A stretch of 64,000 nt of DNA from an uncultured Gammaproteobacteria bacterium (lineage in GTDB: Bacteria > Patescibacteriota > Microgenomatia > Levybacterales > UBA12049), in contig CAYYSJ010000003.1 in assembly GCA_964474445.1 (NCBI GenBank), positions 81,597 through 145,596 of the forward strand, in the 5' to 3' direction. The notes under the pieces were generated by a model. That model made no database searches, was not told the DNA's origin, and was given only the letters and a program-made list of their open reading frames with translations. Positions 19,502 to 30,090 of this stretch are shown here, in pieces; the stretch's first letter is position 1; each line of letters begins with the position of its first letter. The position numbers and the translations under genes are program-made.

Positions 19502-19801
19502 TTAATAACGTTGAGGAGTGGGATTTCTGGGGATGGAAGCTCGTTTGGCATCTTCTCTTGCCCCAAATGCTTCTGCAGCTAATGCAGCAGTCGTAAGTCG
19601 TCTTGCTAGAATTTGTCGTCTAAGCTCTTCATCAAGCGGGCTTCTTTCTATAATTGGAGAGGGCTTTTCTGTTGCTACTACTTCGCTTTGAATATAGTCA
19701 ATAAGCACTTGAGCATCACGTGATTGAATTTTATCGCGAATTGCAGGGTATCTTATTGCAAGTGCTACTCCATATGCAACATCTCTATCAGGTATTGTCA
19801 T
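19502..19801 (-). CDS. Hypothetical protein
   Basis: 99-aa ATG ORF. Confidence 0.5.
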   Translation of the reverse strand: MTIPDRDVAYGVALAIRYPAIRDKIQSRDAQVLIDYIQSEVVATEKPSPIIERSPLDEELRRQILARRLTTAALAAEAFGAREDAKRASIPRNPTPQRY

Positions 19802-19808
19802 AGCCTAT

Positions 19809-19845
19809 CTTATTGTCTATTTTTGCGTAAAAAATAGACAATAAG
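19809..19845. repeat. Perfect 16-bp inverted repeat
   Basis: CTTATTGTCTATTTTT-gcgta-AAAAATAGACAATAAG. Confidence 0.85.
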
Positions 19846-19867
19846 TTTGTAATGGTTTGGTATGATT

Positions 19868-20674
19868 CTATGTAACGACTTTGGCAGATACTGGTTTTGC
19901 AGCCTGTCTTCGTCGTTTCTTTTCTTTTCGATATCTTACTATCAAAACCTCTGACCCATCATTGATCACTTCTGCTACAGTTTTGACTGGTGTACGCCTT
20001 TTTTGATGTTTTCTCGTGATTTCATCTAATGCTTCAAGTTTTTTCAAGGATGAAGCAACTGCTAAGAGAGTTGATGAATTGGGTGGAAGGAGTTGGTGAA
20101 TTCTGTGGGGGGTCGGCTGAAGGTTATTTGTTGTGAGGCTTTGGAAAGCAGACAAAACATGCATATCAAACCATGTGGGTCCTTCTTGGGGAGTTTTTGC
20201 TTGTTGCAGTTTCTGGTAAACTTCAGTCGCTTTGGTAAACAGTTGATATCCAAACCGTTGAGATTCTTGCAGTGGATATTCGACAAATCCAGCTTCAAGA
20301 TGTCGTACTCCAAATGTATGTTGTAAAAAAGCGGCCTTATTAGCCGCTTTCTGTGAGTCCGAAAGGAAATGAAGCATAATAAATACTTCATCTGTAAGGG
20401 ATTGGAATGGATTATGTTCTCCCGTCCCGAGTCCCATCATTGTACTAATGCCAAGATGAGCTTTCTTCTCGATAGGATCACAGTCTCTTCCAGAACTATT
20501 TACATATCGATGCAAGTACCCAAAGATATCTTTGTTCTCACGCAGATAGCGAGATAAAGGGTGGGTAGTATCTGGGGGAAGTGGTGTGTACACTTCTGTA
20601 TATTCAACTTTTCCATTTTTTAAGGTGACAGGAACAAAGTAAACAGGACTTTGCCTGGTTAGTTCTTTTGCCAT
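19868..20674 (-). CDS. Hypothetical protein
   Basis: 268-aa ATG ORF with basic C-terminus. Confidence 0.55.
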   Translation of the reverse strand: MAKELTRQSPVYFVPVTLKNGKVEYTEVYTPLPPDTTHPLSRYLRENKDIFGYLHRYVNSSGRDCDPIEKKAHLGISTMMGLGTGEHNPFQSLTDEVFIMLHFLSDSQKAANKAAFLQHTFGVRHLEAGFVEYPLQESQRFGYQLFTKATEVYQKLQQAKTPQEGPTWFDMHVLSAFQSLTTNNLQPTPHRIHQLLPPNSSTLLAVASSLKKLEALDEITRKHQKRRTPVKTVAEVINDGSEVLIVRYRKEKKRRRQAAKPVSAKVVT

Positions 20675-20814
20675 AACTGGTATTTAAAGAGGCATTCTGA
20701 TCTGATAGTGTAAAAGCAGGCAAGGAAGTATGTAAGAGAAATGAAAGAATGAAAAAAAGTGGTCAATAAGATACCCCTTGTCTTAAGGCTTTTACCCATG
20801 GTAAAATACACTAC

Positions 20815-21090
20815 ATGCGAAAGTACGAATTAGTTGTTATTGTGAAGCCAAGTCTTTCAGAACCTGAGAGAGGGAAGTTGTTAGATACCATTAAATCATG
20901 GCTAACGGATGCAAAAGTTACTAAGGAAGAAGACTTAGGAAGTAAAGCCCTAGCATACAGAATTGGTCAAGATTTGACAGGACATTATTTTGATTTACAC
21001 GTAGAAGCACAAGGAATATCAGCTGATTTTGAACGAAGATTACTAGATAATGATAGTGTTTTGCGACATTTGTTGCTAAAGGTGAAATAA
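20815..21090 (+). CDS. rpsF: 30S ribosomal protein S6
   Basis: MRKYELVVIVKP...LAYRI...GHY...VLRHLL; rpsF-ssb-rpsR order. Confidence 0.95.
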   Translation: MRKYELVVIVKPSLSEPERGKLLDTIKSWLTDAKVTKEEDLGSKALAYRIGQDLTGHYFDLHVEAQGISADFERRLLDNDSVLRHLLLKVK

Positions 21091-21106
21091 AAGTCAAAAA
21101 GAAGTT

Positions 21107-21583
21107 ATGGCACGAAGTTTGAATAGAGTTCAATTGATTGGGAATTTAACACGGGATCCAGAGTTGCGATATACTCCAACAGGTACAGCCGTATGTACAT
21201 TTGGTCTTGCAACAAACAGATCATGGACAACTGATACTGGAGAGAAAAAAGAAGAGACTGAATTTCACAAAATTATCGCATGGAATAAATTGGGAGAGCT
21301 TTGCAGTCAACTTCTTTCTAAAGGACGAAAAGTCTTTGTTGAAGGAAGAATTGCATATCGAAAGTTTACAAAGCAGGATGGGACTGAACAAAACACAACA
21401 GAAATCATCATTGATGACATGATGTTGTTAGACAATAAGAGAAGTGAAGCAGGAGCTGAAGAAGTACCATCAGCTGCGAAAGCTCCAGCAACCCAAGCAG
21501 CAGCACCAAAAGCAGAACAAGGAGAACACTATGAAGAAGGGGCAATGTCTTCTGAAGAAATTGCAGATGATATTCCTTTCTGA
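21107..21583 (+). CDS. ssb: Single-stranded DNA-binding protein
   Basis: LNRVQLIGNLTRDPELRYT; C-terminal DDIPF. Confidence 0.97.
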   Translation: MARSLNRVQLIGNLTRDPELRYTPTGTAVCTFGLATNRSWTTDTGEKKEETEFHKIIAWNKLGELCSQLLSKGRKVFVEGRIAYRKFTKQDGTEQNTTEIIIDDMMLLDNKRSEAGAEEVPSAAKAPATQAAAPKAEQGEHYEEGAMSSEEIADDIPF

Positions 21584-21605
21584 TATTTTGAAATAATAGA
21601 AAACT

Positions 21606-21851
21606 ATGAAGAAAAAAGTAACAACAAGAAGAGTAAAAAAAATTGTATCACCAAAGAATTGTTTTTTCTGTGATGAAAAACGGGAACCATGGTTTTTGGA
21701 TACAAAATCATTAGAAAAATTTGTAACCGAGCGAGGAAAAATTTTGTCTCGAGCAAGAACAGGCCTTTGTGCAAAACATCAGAGACGTGTCACAACCTCT
21801 ATCAAACATGCACGACACTTGGCTCTTATGCCATTTACTGCGAGAGTTTAG
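21606..21851 (+). CDS. rpsR: 30S ribosomal protein S18
   Basis: CFFC...[19 protein letters not shown]...[12 protein letters not shown]. Confidence 0.96.
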   Translation: MKKKVTTRRVKKIVSPKNCFFCDEKREPWFLDTKSLEKFVTERGKILSRARTGLCAKHQRRVTTSIKHARHLALMPFTARV

Positions 21852-21974
21852 CTTCTTGACGATAGCCCGCCAATTATAGATAATAGATGGTGATGATAAA
21901 AGGTAGAGGGTAGAATCTATTATCTTATTTTCTATTTTCACCTCCTATTTTCCTTTTTCTATCATCTAATTTCC

Positions 21975-23258
21975 ATGAATATGACTCCTAAAAAAGTACA
22001 AATTATTCTTATTGCTTTAGTAGCATTTGTGGGTGGTTATTTTATTAGGGGATATGAAATTTCTTGGCAATGGAGTCACTACAAACCGAATGTCAGTATT
22101 ATCAACCGTGATCCTCCAATAGGTACCCCTTCTTCTGTTGATTTTAATCTTTTTTGGACAGTATGGGATAAATTAGCAGGAAACTACTATGATAAAAAAG
22201 CAATTGATCCTCAAAAAATGCTCTATGGTGCAATTTCTGGCATGGTGAATGCAGTGGGTGATCCATACACTATGTTCTTACCTCCTGCCCAACAAACATC
22301 GTTCCAGCAACAGATGGCAGGTCAGTTTGAAGGTATAGGAGCAGAACTTTCGATGAAAGATAGTCATATTATTGTTGTTGCTCCACTTGATGGAAGTCCT
22401 GCAGAAAAAGCAGGTATTCGAGCAGGAGATACAATTGTCGGAGTAGATGGGAAAGCAACAGATGGGTGGACTATTCAACAAGCTGTAGATAAGATTCGTG
22501 GACCTAAAGGAACAGATGTAACGCTTCTTGTTATTCATAAAGACGAAAAGGATGTTAAAGAAATTAAAATTACCCGTGGAACGATTACGGTTAAAAGTGT
22601 TACAGGATGGGTGAAGAAGGCAAAAGATGTTGATAGCGCGAGGCTTGGTGATAGTGCTCTTGCAAACACCTCAGTCCTCTATATTAGACTCTCTCAATTT
22701 GGGGACAAAACAAATGAAGATTTCCAGAATTTGGTTAATTCTTATGCTTCTCAAGTAAAAGATGGAACAGTAAAAGGAATCATCTTAGATCTTCGAAATA
22801 ATCCTGGTGGTTATTTAACTGATGCGCAGTTTGTTGCTGGTGAATTCTTAGCTACTGGTACTCCAGTTGTGATGGAAGAAGCAGCAGGAGATAGAACCAC
22901 ACTTTCTGTGAACAGACAAGGATCTTTGGTGAACAATATTCCTATGGTTGTGATAGTGAATAAAGGGTCAGCATCTGCATCAGAAATTGTCTCAGGTGCT
23001 TTACGGGATAATGGAAGAGCAAAAATTGTCGGTGAGCAATCCTTTGGAAAAGGAACAGTACAGCAGGCACTTGATTTAGGTGGAGGAGCAGGACTGCATG
23101 TAACTATTGCAAAATGGTTAACACCAAAAGGCACATGGGTTGGAAGAGGTGTAGATGGTACAGGACTTGTTCCTGATGTCAAAGTGGACTTAGATCCAAA
23201 AGACCCAGCACATGATACTCAGCTTGAGAAGGCAATCCAAACGGTACTTGGACAATAA
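21975..23258 (+). CDS. ctpA: S41A C-terminal processing protease (PDZ)
   Basis: DPYT, FEGIGA, LDLRNNPGG, SASASEI, SFGKGTVQ. Confidence 0.93.
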   Translation: MNMTPKKVQIILIALVAFVGGYFIRGYEISWQWSHYKPNVSIINRDPPIGTPSSVDFNLFWTVWDKLAGNYYDKKAIDPQKMLYGAISGMVNAVGDPYTMFLPPAQQTSFQQQMAGQFEGIGAELSMKDSHIIVVAPLDGSPAEKAGIRAGDTIVGVDGKATDGWTIQQAVDKIRGPKGTDVTLLVIHKDEKDVKEIKITRGTITVKSVTGWVKKAKDVDSARLGDSALANTSVLYIRLSQFGDKTNEDFQNLVNSYASQVKDGTVKGIILDLRNNPGGYLTDAQFVAGEFLATGTPVVMEEAAGDRTTLSVNRQGSLVNNIPMVVIVNKGSASASEIVSGALRDNGRAKIVGEQSFGKGTVQQALDLGGGAGLHVTIAKWLTPKGTWVGRGVDGTGLVPDVKVDLDPKDPAHDTQLEKAIQTVLGQ

Positions 23259-23312
23259 TCAATTAGCAATTTCTTCTTGCAATTCTTTTTCTTTTTTTGT
23301 TAGCATAAGTAT

Positions 23313-23870
23313 ATGGGTTTTTTAGATGCACTCAAAGACATGTTTACTCTGGATAGCTTTTATGCTCCAGAGACAACCTCTTCTCCTGTAGGCGTGGATG
23401 ATAATGCAACAACTTCTATTGGAGCAGTTGAGAGTGATCCGCGTGCAACTCGACCTGACTTATCTGTTCCTCGACCCCTTAAAACATCGGATGTAGCTGA
23501 ACAAGCTGCTGATGCCCTAAGAGCTGAAGGAGCTCTACCAGGGTTAGACCAGCTTGTAAGAGATACAATTATAGAAAATGGAGCGCCTCTAGGTACTACT
23601 TCAAGTCATGTAGCTCGGGCTGATCAGCCAACACAGGTTATAAAACGTGTTGATATGTTTGCACAACACAATCCTGATGATACCGTTCGTATGTCTGCTG
23701 CTTTACTTCAAAAGGGGACAGAAGGTTTACCTTATTTGGGGCAACCAAGTCAGTTACCTGATCTTGATAAAGCACCAAAAGTTCCAGATGTAGGTGAAAG
23801 AGCTCCTTTACGTCCCGGAACAGTTCAGCAAGTAGTTAAACTTTTGGGTAGCTACGGGAGGAGTAGATAA
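23313..23870 (+). CDS. Hypothetical protein
   Basis: 185-aa ATG ORF. Confidence 0.55.
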   Translation: MGFLDALKDMFTLDSFYAPETTSSPVGVDDNATTSIGAVESDPRATRPDLSVPRPLKTSDVAEQAADALRAEGALPGLDQLVRDTIIENGAPLGTTSSHVARADQPTQVIKRVDMFAQHNPDDTVRMSAALLQKGTEGLPYLGQPSQLPDLDKAPKVPDVGERAPLRPGTVQQVVKLLGSYGRSR

Positions 23871-24027
23871 ATCTACTTGATAACTTAAAATCTGCCTTCT
23901 TTTTTATTCTAAAAGCAAAAGTGTAAATTCTCACATTCCTCTGTTTCTCTCAAGATGGATCTTACCTGATTCTTACTATTTCCTTGCTTCTGTTACAAGC
24001 CTGTAATATTAAATATCTTTGACATTT

Positions 24028-25743
24028 ATGCCTGCAGGTCAAGAGGTAGCTACACAAGTGAAAGGTGATCGTGCTGTGGAAACGCATGAAGGATATACTC
24101 ACCCAAGCTCCCTCCAACTCTATGTACGATTATTAAAAGGGCGAAAACATCTTTCTGTAACAACTCCTTTGACTTCTGAAGATATACAGACTATTCCGTC
24201 TGAGCCACATCAAGCATTAGGAAGATTACAAGCAGAATGGGTAAGAGTAAGAGAACAAATACAGACGCCTGTAGAAGTTTGGGCAAGAAATGTGACTGAA
24301 ACAACAGTTGCGTTGCTAGAGCATGCTGGTACAAAAGCAGAAAAAGTACTTCGTTTTGCATTTAACGGATGGGGAGTTCCGATGAAAGATGGGACATTAC
24401 AGTTTCAAAAAGACGATATTGCAGATGGATTTGGAGGTGACTTTTATCGTCTGTATTGTGGGATAAAACCAGAAGAAGGAATGGCCCATATGGCGAAAAA
24501 GTTAATAGAAACATTTGCCGATGTCTATAAAGTTGATCCGCAAAAGGGACAATCACCTCGTGCAGAGAGAATGGAAAAGGCAGTCTTACTTGTATTGGAA
24601 TCCCTCAAAGGCTGGTTAACCCGATTTTATGGACAAGACGATATCCAGGAAGCATTTACCGCATGTGTCAAAGCAGAACTTGCTGTTTTTACACAAAGAC
24701 TTACTTCTGCAAATGAGGCAATACTAAAAGCATCACTTGGAGAAACACATGTTTCTGTTTTACAAACAATTTCTCAACTTCCTCCAACTGATGAAGAGAT
24801 GCCTCAAGAGGAGTCTCAAACAGTACAGTCAACAGATGAAGCGTCAGTACTTGCAGAAGATAGAGTTGTTTCTCCAGATGGAGACGAACATGCTGTTCCA
24901 ACACACATTTCTGCTGCTGATTTAGTCAACCCAGCTGGTCTGGGAGAATGGTATCCGTTCTCCACAGAAGAAGAGGAATCAACAGCGGAACGTACACCTG
25001 AGGAGAGATTAGCGCTTCTTAGTGAAAAAAGAGCACAATATTATGAAGTTCGAAGTGAAATTCTATCAGTGTCATCTCAACTGCAGGAAAAGCAACAAGA
25101 GGTATTTACTATTGACGGACTTGCGGCCAAATTAAAGCAAGGGCCACAGTATCTGTTACTTTCTATCGATAAACTAAAACTTGCTGAAGATCAGTCTGAA
25201 GCAATAGATGATATTATTCGAAATTCGAAGTTTTTAGATACATCGGTTGATTTTGCTAACCTTACCACTGCTGCACTTCAAGATATACGGCATAGTACTG
25301 TTGAGGTATTCAGAAGGTTACGAGTTGCTTCTTTTAAAGATGTTGAGCGTATTCTTCTCGGAGTAGATAAGAAGAAACTAGATGAAGATGAAATTGCTCT
25401 TCTTATACAGCGCTATGTTGCTGTACTACCTTCGGGGAAATTAACTCCAGATTCATATGCCTACTGGGTAAAAGCGATGTCTGTGCTGCCAACGTTTGGT
25501 GACCAACTGTATTACTTGATTTCACAAGATCATCGAGTAAAGAAGCTGTACGACGGGGTACGAGAAGAAAACCTCCAGAAAGAGTTACGCGCATTACGCG
25601 GAGAAGTTGTTGAAGATGGAAGGAAAAGAACAAGAAGGAGTACGAATTGGTTAGAGATAAAACCAGAGGTCACATCCTTTGGTCCACCCCCTTCGTTAGT
25701 AAGAAGCGCTGCATCATTTGAGGAACGTTTTTCTGATGAATAA
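24028..25743 (+). CDS. Hypothetical protein (acidic linker, coiled-coil)
   Basis: Long ORF, ATG at 24028. Confidence 0.65.
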   Translation: MPAGQEVATQVKGDRAVETHEGYTHPSSLQLYVRLLKGRKHLSVTTPLTSEDIQTIPSEPHQALGRLQAEWVRVREQIQTPVEVWARNVTETTVALLEHAGTKAEKVLRFAFNGWGVPMKDGTLQFQKDDIADGFGGDFYRLYCGIKPEEGMAHMAKKLIETFADVYKVDPQKGQSPRAERMEKAVLLVLESLKGWLTRFYGQDDIQEAFTACVKAELAVFTQRLTSANEAILKASLGETHVSVLQTISQLPPTDEEMPQEESQTVQSTDEASVLAEDRVVSPDGDEHAVPTHISAADLVNPAGLGEWYPFSTEEEESTAERTPEERLALLSEKRAQYYEVRSEILSVSSQLQEKQQEVFTIDGLAAKLKQGPQYLLLSIDKLKLAEDQSEAIDDIIRNSKFLDTSVDFANLTTAALQDIRHSTVEVFRRLRVASFKDVERILLGVDKKKLDEDEIALLIQRYVAVLPSGKLTPDSYAYWVKAMSVLPTFGDQLYYLISQDHRVKKLYDGVREENLQKELRALRGEVVEDGRKRTRRSTNWLEIKPEVTSFGPPPSLVRSAASFEERFSDE

Positions 25744-25850
25744 TAATATGATACTCATTGATATTATGTACGACATTGTTGACTCTCTGTATGCTGTATT
25801 ACAGAAATTCTATGATATTCTCACATTGACCCCATAGACTACGTGCCTAT

Positions 25851-27905
25851 ATGGCAGGCGCAGTCCCAGAAAAGCAAACTCCAGAACAAAAGGAAGTGTT
25901 TCGGCCATTTATCACACCAGGGATTGCGCGTTTTATGGCTGCAGCTCATGGTGATCTTGCGTTTAAAAAAGTATATAACCCTCAACCTCTCACATTCGAC
26001 AAACCAGGGGATAAACAAGCAATGACAAAAGCATTAGAGGAAGGTGATCCAACTAGGGTCGATATACCTCTTCTTGACCGAGTATCAACAAGCATGCGTA
26101 CACAAGAAACGCAACAGAAAGAACAGGCTGGGGAAAACAATGAACAGCAAATGATAGAATGGGCAGAAGGAATGGTTGGATTTTTACGAAATCTTTCGAC
26201 AACTGCTTCTCCGGAACAGGAAGAATTATTGCGAAAACGATTAGGAGTAGATTTATCCCAAACAGATGAGAACGTGTTATGGGAACAAACAGGCGTATTG
26301 TGGGATAAGTACTTAGTAGGGGAGAGTAATATTGAACAATTTTTTGCAGATGTTTTGACGGGAATTCGTGATTCATTTCCTAAGAATATTGCGGAGATGC
26401 AGCGGCGAATTGCATTAGTAGAGCCTTTTCTTGGAATGTTTGGTGATGAAAGAATTAGTATATTAATTCGAGACGCTGCAAATGCATCTATTTTACTCAA
26501 TGTTGGTGGTCAGTACAAAAAGGATATCATAGACCTGTCGTTACAATCCTTGCAACAAGATTTTTCTACTACCACCCAGAAAGAGTCATACAAATTGTTA
26601 TGGTCACTTATGAAAAACAATATTCCTCCAGAACTGGAACAGACACAAGTACCACAACCCGTTGAAAAAGTCTCTCCTCAAAAGGAAACGACACCTCCGC
26701 CTGCTCCTCCTCCTGTACCAGAAGAACGAGCTCCTTCTGAAAGAGTTCAGCCCAGACAAGTTCCTCAAGTGATAGCGCAACCTGCTGAAGAAAGAGCAGT
26801 ATCACCTTCTGCTCCTTTACCGGAGGGTCAACAGCAACTTCCTCAGCGACAAGAGCCTCATCCTCAAGAGGTAGTTCCTGTTAAAGAAGAGCAAAGACCT
26901 CCTGTTGCAGAAGAAGCAAGGAGAAATATACCTCCGAAACAAGGTCTTCTTCCAGAAAGTTCCCGTAGTGCGGCTGTTACAGCACGAAATCCTGAGCGTC
27001 CATGGGTTGATGGTGATGCACTCTTTGCAAGGGAATTTGCCGAAGGTGCGGCATTTGCATTAGGAGCATTTGACGCTCTAGACAATGGAGGGATGTATAG
27101 TACTGCAATTTCGCAGAAACTACGACATATGGTTGCAAAACACCTTCAGTCATATACTGAAACGCCACCTGTTGATGTAGCTATACGAAGAGCATTGAAT
27201 GTTTTTGAAGAAATACAGCCATTTATTGATCAAGTAAAAAGTGGCGCAGAGAAGGAGTTAGATGCGTTGAAAATCAATGATAGACAAAAAAAAGAAATAG
27301 TGGGTAGCATCGGAACAACAGGATTACTGGGTATAACAGCAAAAGATGGGGATAGTCCTGTTTTGGTAACGATGAATCTTGGCAACTCACGTCTTATTGC
27401 ATTTGACCCCAAACAAGGGAGTGTTACCCCATTAACAGTAGATCAGACAATTGCTGCAAGAAAGTTACGGCTACAACAAGTCCAATCGGAAGATGAAGCA
27501 TTCATTGATCCTCATCGCGCCAATTTATCCCGATGGATAAAGCCAACAGATGTTGATGATCTCGAACGAAAATTCCAAGATCAAATGCTCTATGGATGGG
27601 GTCGAAATGATGACATGTTACGAGTAATTCCATTAAAGAAAGGGAATCTGTATCTTGCTCTCACAAATGGAGTGACCTTTACTATTCCACCTTCAGAACT
27701 ACCAAAAGTGATACAAAGAGCATACAATAATGCGCTTGCTGAAGACGGGACTGTTGATATGGGGAAAGTAGTACGATATGTTGTGAAAGAAGCACGAAAA
27801 AGAATGTTGAGCCCTGATCAGTATCGTCTGACCGTCAAAGGGAGATCAGAAAAATATGTCGTTAGTGATGATGCAGGAGCTGCCGGAATTGCATATGCTG
27901 GATAA
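25851..27905 (+). CDS. Large protein with P/Q/E-rich linker and C-terminal degenerate PP2C-like domain
   Basis: DGDA, GAFDALDNGG, IGTT, NLGNSR, LTVDQT, NLSRWI, LALTNGV, DDAG occur in PP2C motif order. Confidence 0.65.
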   Translation: MAGAVPEKQTPEQKEVFRPFITPGIARFMAAAHGDLAFKKVYNPQPLTFDKPGDKQAMTKALEEGDPTRVDIPLLDRVSTSMRTQETQQKEQAGENNEQQMIEWAEGMVGFLRNLSTTASPEQEELLRKRLGVDLSQTDENVLWEQTGVLWDKYLVGESNIEQFFADVLTGIRDSFPKNIAEMQRRIALVEPFLGMFGDERISILIRDAANASILLNVGGQYKKDIIDLSLQSLQQDFSTTTQKESYKLLWSLMKNNIPPELEQTQVPQPVEKVSPQKETTPPPAPPPVPEERAPSERVQPRQVPQVIAQPAEERAVSPSAPLPEGQQQLPQRQEPHPQEVVPVKEEQRPPVAEEARRNIPPKQGLLPESSRSAAVTARNPERPWVDGDALFAREFAEGAAFALGAFDALDNGGMYSTAISQKLRHMVAKHLQSYTETPPVDVAIRRALNVFEEIQPFIDQVKSGAEKELDALKINDRQKKEIVGSIGTTGLLGITAKDGDSPVLVTMNLGNSRLIAFDPKQGSVTPLTVDQTIAARKLRLQQVQSEDEAFIDPHRANLSRWIKPTDVDDLERKFQDQMLYGWGRNDDMLRVIPLKKGNLYLALTNGVTFTIPPSELPKVIQRAYNNALAEDGTVDMGKVVRYVVKEARKRMLSPDQYRLTVKGRSEKYVVSDDAGAAGIAYAG

Positions 27906-28001
27906 AAGAAAAAGCATCTCTCAGGAAAAACTCAGGTGCACTGTGTAACATCAATTGCCTTGCAAAAAAACTCATTTTTTTTGTAGAATACAGGTACTCT
28001 C

Positions 28002-29138
28002 ATGAGACGTCTTCTTGTTCTATTGATTATTTTATTTCTTATTTTAGGCGTGTGGAGTGGGGTACAGCAGTATGGTCCGCATCTCTCAGATTTCTTTCAA
28101 AAACTTCCAGCTGTTTCGCCAACACCTGCTCCAGTAAAAGTTGTCACTGAGGAATCAGTAACAATTAATGTAGTGAAAGGGGTTGGTCCATCCGTTGTTA
28201 CCGTTGTGGGGGAAGGCTCTGCTCCTCAATCGATTAATTTAGGTCCGTTCTCTATTTTTAATATCCCGCAAGATACGACACCGCAACAAAGTGTTGGTTC
28301 AGGTTTCGTGGTGAGTACAGAGGGACTCATTATTACAAATAAGCACGTGGTATCTGATTCCACTGCAAAATATCATATTGTCACCTTTGATAATAAAAAT
28401 TATGATGTGCAACGAATCTATCGAGATCCACTTAATGATATTGCGATCTTAAAGATTGATCCATCTCAAAATGCAGGGACATCTCTTAAACCTGTCACCA
28501 TGGGTGATTCTTCAAATCTACAGGTTGGTCAATTTGCCGTTGCTATTGGTACTGCCCTTGGTGAATTTCGAAATACTGTCACAACAGGTGTGGTTTCAGG
28601 ATTGGGGAGAGGGATCACTGCAGGAGATCAATTTCAGGGATCAGCAGAAAAGTTAGATAATGTTATTCAGACATCAGCTGCTATTAGTCCTGGGAATAGT
28701 GGTGGACCATTGGTCAACTCTTCGGGACAAGTGATTGGTATTAATACTGCCGTTGCCGCGAGTGGACAAAATATTGGTTTTGCATTGCCTATTAACTCAG
28801 TCAAAGATTCCTTAACGAATTTCAATCAGACGGGACAATTTAACAGACCATATTTAGGAGTAGCCTACAAAACAGTGACAAAAGCAGCAGCAATCTTAAA
28901 CGCTGTACCACAGGGAGCGTATGTACAGACCGTTGTGAGTGGATCACCAGCTGATAAAGCAGGGATTCAAAATGGGGATATCCTCACTAAGTTTGATAAC
29001 CAAGACGTAAAAGAAGGAAACGAATTAGCAGGTCTGATCGGTAAAAAGAAGGTTGGCGATACCATTGCAATTAGTGTCTGGCGTGATACAAAAACAATGA
29101 CTGTTTCTGTCACCCTTACTGCTGCTCCCGGACAATAA
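28002..29138 (+). CDS. htrA: HtrA/DegP-family serine protease with PDZ domain
   Basis: GSGF, TNKHVV, DIAILK, ISPGNSGGPL, PDZ. Confidence 0.93.
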   Translation: MRRLLVLLIILFLILGVWSGVQQYGPHLSDFFQKLPAVSPTPAPVKVVTEESVTINVVKGVGPSVVTVVGEGSAPQSINLGPFSIFNIPQDTTPQQSVGSGFVVSTEGLIITNKHVVSDSTAKYHIVTFDNKNYDVQRIYRDPLNDIAILKIDPSQNAGTSLKPVTMGDSSNLQVGQFAVAIGTALGEFRNTVTTGVVSGLGRGITAGDQFQGSAEKLDNVIQTSAAISPGNSGGPLVNSSGQVIGINTAVAASGQNIGFALPINSVKDSLTNFNQTGQFNRPYLGVAYKTVTKAAAILNAVPQGAYVQTVVSGSPADKAGIQNGDILTKFDNQDVKEGNELAGLIGKKKVGDTIAISVWRDTKTMTVSVTLTAAPGQ

Positions 29139-29189
29139 CAATACGTTTACTCGTGCACGCTTTACCCTTACTTCAGCCTGTGAGATAAT

Positions 29190-30083
29190 ATGTTTATGGT
29201 ACAGATAGAAGAGCATATTCTCTTGGCTCCTTTTACCACATTTCACATAGGTGGACCTGCTGACTATTTCTGCAAAGCGACATCAAAAGATGAAATTGTA
29301 GAAGCAATTCTGTGGGCGCAGGAAAGGAATATCCCTTATTTTCTTTTAGGAGCAGGTGCAAACATTCTTATTGGCGATAAAGGGTATAGGGGACTGGTGA
29401 TTAAAAATGAAAGTGCAGCACTCACTTTCCATGGGACCCACATAACAGCAGAAAGTGGTGCGATAATTGCAGACCTGATTACCCAGACAATATCACTTGG
29501 ACTTTCTGGTCTTGAACATTTTGCTGGCATCCCATCAACAGTTGGAGGAGCCTTGTGGCAAAATCTTCACTTTCTCTCCCCAGATCGTTCAAGAACCGTC
29601 TATATTGCAGAAATTCTGACAAAGGCGGAAATTTTTAGTGAAGAAGGAGATAGAAAAGAAGTAGGGAAAGAGTATTTTAATTTTGGTTATGATTATAGTA
29701 CGCTTCATGTCCGAAAGGATGTGGTTTTATCAGCAACCTTTGCTCTTTCCCAAAAAACACCTGAGGAAGTGGAAACAGTCGCAAATGGTAATCTGGTATG
29801 GCGGACAGAGAAACACCCTGAAGGAGCAATATGGAAATCAGCTGGGTCGGTTTTTAAAAAAATTGAACATCACGGTGCGGGAAGATTGATTCAAGAAGTA
29901 GGACTCAAAGGATATCAAATTGGTGGAGCAAAAATTTCAGAGAAACATGCCAATTTTATTGTGAATGAAGGCGGTGCAACTGCTCAAGATGTGAGAGAGT
30001 TGATAGCGCTTGTAACAGAGCGAGTGAAAGAGCAGTTAGGTCTTATCATGCAACCAGAAATACGTTTTGTAGGAGAGTTTTAA
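29190..30083 (+). CDS. murB: UDP-N-acetylenolpyruvoylglucosamine reductase
   Basis: TTFHIGGPA, LGAGANIL, GIPSTVGG, SAGSVFK, HANFIVN. Confidence 0.95.
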   Translation: MFMVQIEEHILLAPFTTFHIGGPADYFCKATSKDEIVEAILWAQERNIPYFLLGAGANILIGDKGYRGLVIKNESAALTFHGTHITAESGAIIADLITQTISLGLSGLEHFAGIPSTVGGALWQNLHFLSPDRSRTVYIAEILTKAEIFSEEGDRKEVGKEYFNFGYDYSTLHVRKDVVLSATFALSQKTPEEVETVANGNLVWRTEKHPEGAIWKSAGSVFKKIEHHGAGRLIQEVGLKGYQIGGAKISEKHANFIVNEGGATAQDVRELIALVTERVKEQLGLIMQPEIRFVGEF

Positions 30084-30090
30084 AATTTCT

